From: a virus
Taxonomy: Duplodnaviria > Caudoviricetes
IMG/VR virus record: IMGVR_UViG_3300020432_000031
Span: 1 to 30,336 of that record
DNA: 30,336 nt
Strand: one strand, 5' to 3'
Shown here: positions 23,312-30,336 of the stretch, piece after piece
How positions within the stretch are numbered: the stretch's first letter is position 1
Layout of the letters: the number at the start of each line of letters is the position of its first letter
Made by a program: the position numbers and the translations under genes
Notes under the pieces: model-generated
Database searches by the model: none
What the model saw: only the letters and a program-made list of their open reading frames with translations
Told to the model about the DNA's origin: nothing

Positions 23312-23586
23312 GATTTCTGCAGTGATAGCTCACAGAGCGTCCCGTCATCTTGCAGACGCGCTTCGCGCACCGTATAGGCCACTGAATCAACGGTGATGGA
23401 TGCGCCCGCCGTCAGGGCTCCAAAGACAGACGCCTCACAGATGAAGCTGTAATCAGTGCTCATGATCACCTCGCCAACTAGCACCTGAGAGGGCATATCA
23501 AGAATCCCCCAGCCTGACTTTGTGCCTGCCTCAGCGAAAACCCCCACCTCCTTAAGGAAAGGGGCCAGAGATTCACTTATCCACAT
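23308..23586 (-). CDS. head-tail joining protein (gpFII-like, 92 aa)
   Basis: Likely start ATG23586 (MWISESL); GILD.P, ITVDSVAYTVRE...DDG motif; synteny. Confidence 0.75.
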   Translation of the reverse strand: MWISESLAPFLKEVGVFAEAGTKSGWGILDMPSQVLVGEVIMSTDYSFICEASVFGALTAGASITVDSVAYTVREARLQDDGTLCELSLQKS

Positions 23587-23743
23587 CAGCAGCCTTGCGC
23601 TTTGGTTTGGCTGGTGCTTTGCCCTCAACAGCGCGGCCCATTGCAATCAGCTTGTTTGCGATGTCAATGGGGAATTCATAGGCCTTGCCAGGCTCTACAG
23701 GCTGGCCCTGCACAACGCAGGCACGTGTCATCAGAACATACAT
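23573..23743 (-). CDS. small head-completion or packaging accessory protein (56 aa, not in ORF track)
   Basis: ATG23743..TGA23573: MYVLMTRACVVQGQPVEPGKAYEFPIDIANKLIAMGRAVEGKAPAKPKRK...; A..LI..G.A motif and basic tail at the lambda FI position. Confidence 0.7.
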   Translation of the reverse strand: MYVLMTRACVVQGQPVEPGKAYEFPIDIANKLIAMGRAVEGKAPAKPKRKAADVDK

Positions 23744-23746
23744 AAG

Positions 23747-23770
23747 AAAAAGGGGGCCCCGCAGGGCCCC
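23747..23770 (-). terminator. intrinsic terminator after the major capsid gene
   Basis: GGGGCCC-tgcg-GGGCCCC-C-TTTTT on minus strand. Confidence 0.85.
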
Positions 23771-23782
23771 TGAGAGGATGGA

Positions 23783-25741
23783 TTAGGCGGTGATGTCGAG
23801 AATCGCAGCGAACGATTCGGCACGGGTGACAACCATGTCCATGGTTGTTACAGCGCGAACAGATTGCAGAAGTTTGGAAAAATCGTCCATATCTTCTCCA
23901 ACCGTGATCTCAACACCTGACCCCCATAGGCCGACGACGCAATCATCAAAGTTGCCATAAAGCATGGCGGAACAGTTGCTGCTGCTTGTGCCTTTGGTCA
24001 GATTCGACGGGACCTGACCACTGGTCTTGATTGGGTAACCGTTGATGGCACCAGGAGTTGGGCCGCGGCCAATGGCTGAAAGGTCCGTGTTGTAAAGGAA
24101 CACACCATCACCAGCGGCAGAACCGCCAGCACGCAGTTTCTTAAGCTGCGTCATTACTTTGGTATTGGTCAGATAACCAAGATTGCCGGTCAGGGCATTG
24201 TCTTGGCCTAGCTCATTCTCTAGGTCAATCACCGCCTCCATGGTGATATTTCCGCCATTAGTCCCCATGGCAACACTGCCGATTCCGGTGGTGTTCAAAA
24301 TGCCGGTTGGTTCACCGCTCGAACCTGAACCATTCAGCAAAGCCAGATCTAAGGCAAGGGAAATGCTTCTATTTAGATCAGAGCGAACCAGATCCTCGAT
24401 GCCTGGCGTTGTCTGCTGCACAGTCTGTCGCGAGAACTTACTAAGAGCCGCCAATTGCTTTGGCGCCATTGACACTTGGTCAAACGTACTTTCTGACTGC
24501 GTGATCCTGCTTGTCTCTGATGACAGCCAGTAGGCAGTTGAAACCCCAGAACGGCGCGGGATGTCAATATTGCCAACTAGGCCCGACAAGATGCGAGGCC
24601 CCATTGACATGACGCCCTCATTGTTGGCCAAGCTCTCGACGAACTCATCGGCCAGCAGATCAGTGGCAACCAAATTGCCGCCCGCTCCAGCCGTCGACGT
24701 CACGTGTGTGGCGCGTTTACCCAGCGCGGAATAAGGGACAAAGAATGACCGCTCAGCTGTGCGCGTGACGCCGCCTTTGCGTTCGATCTCTTGGCTCATC
24801 TCACGGACGAACCCAGCCTCACGGGAGGACCAATCACTACGGGCAGCGGCTAGAAGCCCTGAGACCACGCTGTAGTCAACCTTTGTCTCACGCTGTGCGC
24901 CGCCTAGGTCGACGGGAGCAACAGTCTCGACAGGTTTGTTGCGCAGTTCTTTAAGAGCGAGCTCCCGTGTCTCTTCAATGCTCAGGCCATTCTCTTCTGC
25001 ATGCTGGCCAAGCTTGGGCAATCCATGATCAGTGCATAGCTGACGAATAGATGCGACGCGGGCGCGCTCGTTGCTGAGGGCCTTTTTTTCGGCCTCAGCG
25101 CGCACCACTTCAAGGTCTGGGGTGGTGTTCACTGTTCGATCCTCAACGGGATTAGGTGGTGCGACTTCTGCCGCAGGTTGTGCATTTGCACTGCCTTCGG
25201 ACAGGTTAGTTTCTTCTATTAAAGAACGACCAAAACCAACGCGCGGGTCTGCAGCGGACGCCACAACGCTGATTTCGTAAGGGGACCATTTGGTGGCGAC
25301 AAAATCATCACCGCGCTCTTCCATTTCGTTGATCCGATAGCCAACACTGACGGAACTCATAATTCCATCACGCACGTCATTAAGCACCTCTTGCGCGAAG
25401 CTATTACGCGAAAATCGGACCCTAGCGATCCCTTTTTTCTTGTCTTTGTCCACATAGCCCCGCTCCACAACACCAATCACCCGATCCATGTCGTGATTGA
25501 ACAGCAACGGCGCCTGCCCTGTTAGGCGGCTTGCATCCATGGCTCCTGGCTCATGGGAAAGGACCTCATTCCCATAAGATCTCTGAACAGGGAACTCAGA
25601 AGAGAAACTAAATTCAAAAACTCGCTCATCAACGCTGCGAAATGTAGTTTCCCCCGCGCGCTTGTATAGCTCGTGAGTTTCGCGCTGATCATCCGCCGGT
25701 GGTGCCTCTATGGCCTCCGGCGTTGTTTGCTCTTCTGTCAT
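23783..25741 (-). CDS. fused prohead protease + scaffold + HK97-fold major capsid protein (652 aa)
   Basis: N-terminal LLFNHD, SVSVGY, EISVV..AD protease motifs; coiled-coil linker; capsid motifs GGNLVATDL, LNGSGSSGEPTGILN. Confidence 0.92.
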   Translation of the reverse strand: MTEEQTTPEAIEAPPADDQRETHELYKRAGETTFRSVDERVFEFSFSSEFPVQRSYGNEVLSHEPGAMDASRLTGQAPLLFNHDMDRVIGVVERGYVDKDKKKGIARVRFSRNSFAQEVLNDVRDGIMSSVSVGYRINEMEERGDDFVATKWSPYEISVVASAADPRVGFGRSLIEETNLSEGSANAQPAAEVAPPNPVEDRTVNTTPDLEVVRAEAEKKALSNERARVASIRQLCTDHGLPKLGQHAEENGLSIEETRELALKELRNKPVETVAPVDLGGAQRETKVDYSVVSGLLAAARSDWSSREAGFVREMSQEIERKGGVTRTAERSFFVPYSALGKRATHVTSTAGAGGNLVATDLLADEFVESLANNEGVMSMGPRILSGLVGNIDIPRRSGVSTAYWLSSETSRITQSESTFDQVSMAPKQLAALSKFSRQTVQQTTPGIEDLVRSDLNRSISLALDLALLNGSGSSGEPTGILNTTGIGSVAMGTNGGNITMEAVIDLENELGQDNALTGNLGYLTNTKVMTQLKKLRAGGSAAGDGVFLYNTDLSAIGRGPTPGAINGYPIKTSGQVPSNLTKGTSSSNCSAMLYGNFDDCVVGLWGSGVEITVGEDMDDFSKLLQSVRAVTTMDMVVTRAESFAAILDITA

Positions 25742-25766
25742 GGATCATCAGCTTGCTGAGATCATG

Positions 25767-27281
25767 TTATTGATAAGAGCTCTTGTCAGTCTCTGCTGGC
25801 TGATTCACTGCCTGGGCAGGTTCAATCATTGAAGGGGTGCTGGTGTCAAAATTCAGCCCTAGCTCTTCTGCTAGCTCCAGCTCCTGAGCGCGTTGGCGCA
25901 TCACCTCTTCAAAATCACCGCCCTGCTCGCTAATACATTGAGACAGCGTCTTAAATCCTGCCCGCACCGCATCAGCACTAGCTTGCACCTCCTTCTGTGG
26001 GTCAACGTACGAATAACCCCGGAACACCCAGCGCACACGTTGGAACCGTTGCGGCTCTGTTTCATAGGTGGGCAGGCTCACCACTCCAGACAAGACGGCA
26101 AGCTTTAGCCATTCCTCAAATACAGGTTGATAGAACGTCTCGCGTAAGTAGGTCTGAAAGGCCTGCCAGGTGTCTTTATCGCTAAGGCGTGAAAGCCTGC
26201 TGCTGCTGTAGTTGCTCTGGCTGTAGTCAGAACTCAGCAGCTCAAACGAAACGCCAAAGCCAGACGCCATAGAGCGCAGCATTTGACGGACAAACGGCTC
26301 AAAATCAGCGTCATCGTCCAGGTTTGGCACCTGCACAGATTCACCCGGTGCCAAGTAAGAAAACGTTCCAGGGGTAAACGATGTGACCCTTTCGTTGTCG
26401 TAGACCTCACCGCCTGGGTCTAGTTCACCTTCTGGGCTCTGGATAAAGCCCATTAGCGCTGATGCCGCCCGCTTGCGCACTAGGTGCGCCTCCTGGAAGC
26501 CCTGCAGGTGGTGCAATGTGTTTAGCGCGCTGGCCATCATCGGGACGCCGCGCGTCTGGCCAGGCCTCAGCCCATCCTGTGAGAACAGATGAACTACATC
26601 CTTAGCATCGAGTAACAGGTGCTTTGCATCAGCCCCCCGCTTGACGTGAAAGCTTGAATCTCCAGGGTGGCGGCTATGGAACGCGTAACGCTGCGGCCTG
26701 CCATAGCGGTCGACCTCTACACCCATGCGCCATTCGTTACCAGCAGCAAGTAGCGGGCCGTTGAATTCCTCATCGCACTGATCAGCTTCAAAGATCTGCA
26801 AGCCAAGCGGGATCACAGAACGCCCGAACGGCTGGCGGACCAGTCGCACGAAAACCTCGCCTGATTCAGCAATAGCCGTTGCGATCATGTGTTCGATGCC
26901 GGCAAAGCTCAGCAGGCCTGCGACATCGCAAGAATCACGCCTACACCAGTCAGCCCATGCCTCCTCGATCACGCGGTTGACGCGATCATCCAGCCGGCCG
27001 CCGCGCTGTTTACGCACCTGGGCCTGTAACCGCACGCCCTGCCCGATCACTTGATTACGCACAAGACGGACAGCACCGCGGGCCCAATCAGAGTCTCTGA
27101 CTAGCTGTCGACTACGCGCGCGTAGCCGTTTAATGCTGTGCTTGATCTCTTGATCAGCCGATGTGGTGCTGGTCACCCAACCAGCAGCTAGGCGGCCTGT
27201 ATTAGCCCCGGCATACATCCGACGCCGTGGCACTGGCTGCGGCTGCCCCCACAGGGCGGCCCATGCTGCGCGCAGACCCAT
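25767..27281 (-). CDS. portal protein, lambda family
   Basis: LRARSRQL, ESGEVF, RPGQTRGVP, NYSSSR, VDPQKE motifs. Confidence 0.95.
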   Translation of the reverse strand: MGLRAAWAALWGQPQPVPRRRMYAGANTGRLAAGWVTSTTSADQEIKHSIKRLRARSRQLVRDSDWARGAVRLVRNQVIGQGVRLQAQVRKQRGGRLDDRVNRVIEEAWADWCRRDSCDVAGLLSFAGIEHMIATAIAESGEVFVRLVRQPFGRSVIPLGLQIFEADQCDEEFNGPLLAAGNEWRMGVEVDRYGRPQRYAFHSRHPGDSSFHVKRGADAKHLLLDAKDVVHLFSQDGLRPGQTRGVPMMASALNTLHHLQGFQEAHLVRKRAASALMGFIQSPEGELDPGGEVYDNERVTSFTPGTFSYLAPGESVQVPNLDDDADFEPFVRQMLRSMASGFGVSFELLSSDYSQSNYSSSRLSRLSDKDTWQAFQTYLRETFYQPVFEEWLKLAVLSGVVSLPTYETEPQRFQRVRWVFRGYSYVDPQKEVQASADAVRAGFKTLSQCISEQGGDFEEVMRQRAQELELAEELGLNFDTSTPSMIEPAQAVNQPAETDKSSYQ

Positions 27282-27284
27282 GGC

Positions 27285-27860
27285 TTAAAACCTCACATGC
27301 AGACGGTTGGGATCGCCAAGGCCCTGAGCCTTCAGATCGGCGCGACGCTCTCGCCACAGACGTGCCCTTAATTGTGATTCGCGCGCGATCAAATCCGGTA
27401 GATCGATCCGTGAAAAGGTTCTGGCCCCGATCGTGAATTGCTTTGTCTTGTCAGTGCCAAGCGCATTGATAGCAGCAACGAATAGATCGAGTTCCTTTTC
27501 AGTGTCTGTCCGTGGATCATGTGCACCGCTAGTCCCTGTAAAGGACAGCGAGGCCAAGACCTGAAAACGGCCTTTAGCTAAAACCACCGTGTCGTCAGAC
27601 TTTGTGGCTATGGCCTGGAATTCCCAGTCCCCGGAATCCATGCCGACAGACTCAGCAGACGTCAGAACAAACTCCCACCCCGTGCTGTAGTTAGTGCCCG
27701 TGACTGTTTTGCCTTGCCCGTCACGATTGGTGCGCAAGTAATACGTCAGGGCATAGTCGGAATTTGAGACATCCTCACCTAGATGGTTTTTACCCGCCGA
27801 CAAACGCCAGCGGATCGTCTCCCCGGCTGTGAATTTTGAGGGGAAATCAGCAGCGCCCAT
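27285..27860 (-). CDS. head-tail joining protein (gpW-like) with N-terminal extra domain
   Basis: Between terminase and portal; C-terminal FTIGARTFSRIDLPDL...L resembles gpW. Confidence 0.7.
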   Translation of the reverse strand: MGAADFPSKFTAGETIRWRLSAGKNHLGEDVSNSDYALTYYLRTNRDGQGKTVTGTNYSTGWEFVLTSAESVGMDSGDWEFQAIATKSDDTVVLAKGRFQVLASLSFTGTSGAHDPRTDTEKELDLFVAAINALGTDKTKQFTIGARTFSRIDLPDLIARESQLRARLWRERRADLKAQGLGDPNRLHVRF

Positions 27861-27865
27861 TAGCT

Positions 27866-29719
27866 CTACCAGTTCTCGACATAATTAGACGCTGACGCCT
27901 GCTGCAGTTTAGTTATCGGGCGCTGTGTGGTCTTATCTTCGCCTACAACACGCTTAGCCATCTGATCCCAGATGCTCCGGCGGTCAAATAACTGATAGCA
28001 GCGATGCACTGCCGCGTAGGCGTACACCATGCAATCAAGAGCCTCAGCGCGCATCCCCGGCGTCAAGACCCATTCATAGCTGACAACCCCTGTCTTACTT
28101 GTCTTTCTTTGCTGCCTTTCGGCTGTCAACTGTTTGAAATATTCCTCTGATGTCGTGCGGTGAAAATGCAGGGAGCCTTTTACCTCTGGCTCTGTGATCT
28201 TTAACCGACCGATCAGCAGCGATTTGATCGTGTCAGAACCAACCGGGTAAACCGTCCCGCCCTTTTTAAGCGTCTGGCCCTTGCGGTTGATGTCGACGCG
28301 AACGGGTTTACCTAGAGGCGGCTTGTTCCGTTGACTCTGGCCCTTAATGGCAATTACTCCCAAGGCTTGCCGCTCGCGCGCGTACTGGTAAACGGTCGCC
28401 GTCATAAATCCAGAATCAACAGCCGTTGCCTTTGAGCGCAGCTTGTAGCCATCCACTCGTTGCCACTCAGTAGTGATCAGTGCGTCTAGCTGTTGCCACA
28501 CCTCAGGACGGATCGGATCACCCCACAGCTGCTGATGATCGATGAGATAGGCCGTCTCACCTGGCCCCCATCCCCAGGTCGAGATCTCTAGGCGGTCCTG
28601 CTGCACATCAACGCCCTGCGTGATCAGGACAACATCAACAGGCACTGTCCCTTCTGCGTAATCATCAACCCTCTGCAGCAGGCCCTCTGCGCTGACCTTG
28701 GCCACATGGTCAGGCTCGAAAGTTTCCCCAAGGCGGGTATTCACAAACGTCTGCAGGGTCGCCGCGTTGTTCTTCGCACGTAGAAATTCGTCCGCCAGCT
28801 CAGCCCAGCTCAACCAACCCAGAGGCGAACAAAGCGACGAAAGATGAAAGCCTGCAACCTTGCGACTCTCTGGCCCTGTTCTTAGCCAGCGGCCTTTCCG
28901 CAACAGTTCAGTTTTGCAGCGTTCGCCGAATCGTTCCCCGCATTTCTCGCATTCATACTCAGCAGTCTCAGGCCGATCTTTCTCCCATTTCAGCTGAGGG
29001 AACCTCAGCACCTGCTCCCAGCCGCAGTGGGGACAAGGTATAAACCAGCGGCGCTGATCGCTGCGCTCATATTCAGCCTCAACGCGGGAAAAGTGCTTAA
29101 TCGTCGGGGTGCTCGTAATTAGGATCTTTCGCTTGGAAAACGTCGACGCGCGCTTAATTGCAAGCTCGATGGCGTCACCTTCTGCGGTGACGGGGTACGC
29201 GTCGACCTCATCAAGGAAGATGTTCTTACAAGGAGCAGACCTGAGTCCCGTTGGACTATTGGCCCCGGTTAGGAGCATGATCCCGCCGGGGAAGGTCTTA
29301 CTAAAAAGTGTCGTGTCACTATCTCGCGCGCGTGCCGGCGCAATCTTTTCATTCACAATCGGCGTGTCTTTGATCAGATCTTCTAGCCGCTGCTTTGACA
29401 AGCGCTTGCACATCTCCAAAGTCGGCTGGACACACAAAACCGGCCCCGGGTTGTGCGCTATCAAGTAGGCAAGCCAGTTCAGCCCTGCGGAAGTTTTCCC
29501 GGTCTGCGCTCCAAACATAAGCACAACACGCTCAGTCAAACTGCCGGCGCTCAACTCATCCATCACCTCTCTCAAGAATGGCGTTCTGCTAGTTCGCCAC
29601 GGCCCGGGTTCTGCGCTTGATTTTGAACTGAGCCTGATGTGCTTGTCGGCAAATTCGCTAACCGTCAGCGGCTCATCTGGTCTCAGCCCGTCGGTAAATC
29701 CTGTTTCCCATGAATTCAT
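27866..29719 (-). CDS. terL: terminase large subunit, lambda GpA family
   Basis: Walker A variant FGAQTGKT, Walker B IFLDEVD, STPT, CPHC..CEKC zinc site, GVDVQ, EALDC. Confidence 0.95.
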   Translation of the reverse strand: MNSWETGFTDGLRPDEPLTVSEFADKHIRLSSKSSAEPGPWRTSRTPFLREVMDELSAGSLTERVVLMFGAQTGKTSAGLNWLAYLIAHNPGPVLCVQPTLEMCKRLSKQRLEDLIKDTPIVNEKIAPARARDSDTTLFSKTFPGGIMLLTGANSPTGLRSAPCKNIFLDEVDAYPVTAEGDAIELAIKRASTFSKRKILITSTPTIKHFSRVEAEYERSDQRRWFIPCPHCGWEQVLRFPQLKWEKDRPETAEYECEKCGERFGERCKTELLRKGRWLRTGPESRKVAGFHLSSLCSPLGWLSWAELADEFLRAKNNAATLQTFVNTRLGETFEPDHVAKVSAEGLLQRVDDYAEGTVPVDVVLITQGVDVQQDRLEISTWGWGPGETAYLIDHQQLWGDPIRPEVWQQLDALITTEWQRVDGYKLRSKATAVDSGFMTATVYQYARERQALGVIAIKGQSQRNKPPLGKPVRVDINRKGQTLKKGGTVYPVGSDTIKSLLIGRLKITEPEVKGSLHFHRTTSEEYFKQLTAERQQRKTSKTGVVSYEWVLTPGMRAEALDCMVYAYAAVHRCYQLFDRRSIWDQMAKRVVGEDKTTQRPITKLQQASASNYVENW

Positions 29720-30243
29720 GCCGTGACCTTTGCAAGTTCTTCCAACACCTGCCGGTGCTCATCAGTCAAAACCTTGTTAATCACCGACTCGTCGCTTTCG
29801 CCCGCAAGCTCATAACTCAACCGATCAGCCAGGTTCGCCAACCCCTCACGGATGGCACGACCCATAGCGAAAGCAGACGCCTTGACAGCGTCAGCAGCCA
29901 GGAGCTCCCCGCTCTGCTGCTCAACCTGGAGCCGTGCCAATTCCGCCAGGTAGAACTCGCGCTTTGCCTTAGACACCGCCAACGGGGGGACCGCTTCGGA
30001 CGGCGTCGACTCGACAAGCGCAGCAGCTACATCATGCGGCTGCTTGGTCGCATCGACTAGCCCCGCAGGCGGACGCCCAATGCGTGACATATCCCAGAGC
30101 TCTAGCGCCTTGTCCTTATGAATGAGCTTTTTACCGTCGACCTCCACAACAGCCTCAGCCAATCCCCCGCGCTTGATGCGTTGAGAAACCGCAGGCAGAG
30201 AAACACCTTTAAGCCTTGCTAAATCAGACGGCGTAATCAGCAA
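29716..30243 (-). CDS. terS: terminase small subunit (Nu1-like)
   Basis: N-terminal wHTH (DLARLKGVSLPAVSQRIKRG); KAKREFYLAELARL...GEL coiled coil; ATGA overlap with terL. Confidence 0.85.
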   Translation of the reverse strand: MLITPSDLARLKGVSLPAVSQRIKRGGLAEAVVEVDGKKLIHKDKALELWDMSRIGRPPAGLVDATKQPHDVAAALVESTPSEAVPPLAVSKAKREFYLAELARLQVEQQSGELLAADAVKASAFAMGRAIREGLANLADRLSYELAGESDESVINKVLTDEHRQVLEELAKVTA

Positions 30244-30336
30244 CGGATTATTCGTTAACTGCTTCAGCCTAGGCTGGAAAAGACGTTAAGGGTCCAGATT
30301 TTCTGGCGCTAGGCACAAATCGAGCGCGGATGACCA

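Noticed and set aside
8825-30060. Many plus-strand ORFs antisense to structural genes (e.g. 8825..9265, 13829..14146, 24183..24533, 29109..29468)
   Set aside because: Shadow ORFs from codon bias of the minus-strand genes; no RBS or recognisable motifs
1-30336. CRISPR array, tRNA, rRNA, IS element, intron or intein
   Set aside because: No spaced direct repeats, cloverleaf with T-loop/CCA, transposase or interrupted conserved gene seen; terminase, portal and capsid are of normal length

Overview
This window holds the late (morphogenesis) region and a neighbouring accessory/lysis region of a lambda-like siphovirus, most likely a cyanosiphovirus or prophage of marine picocyanobacteria (host assignment is inference from protein-family resemblance). 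From 30243 down to 4728 the minus strand carries a continuous, often translationally coupled module in lambda order: small and large terminase, gpW-like joining protein, portal, fused prohead protease-major capsid protein, head completion genes, tail terminator, tail tube, a tail chaperone pair with a -1 frameshift, tape measure, and tail tip M/L/K/I/J. An unusually rich fibre/adhesin cluster follows, with an RCC1 propeller fibre, adaptors, a peptidase-S74 fibre and a 1024-aa adhesin carrying an ALK/LTK-like glycine-rich domain plus Calx-beta-like repeats. Positions 1-4700 hold a small outer-membrane beta-barrel, a cluster of exported or membrane proteins that may form a trans-envelope apparatus, an M15 peptidase endolysin with small membrane proteins, an NblA-like ORF, two or three candidate structured RNAs and a recurring operator-like 12-mer. 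All family calls come from motif recognition by eye; no searches were run.
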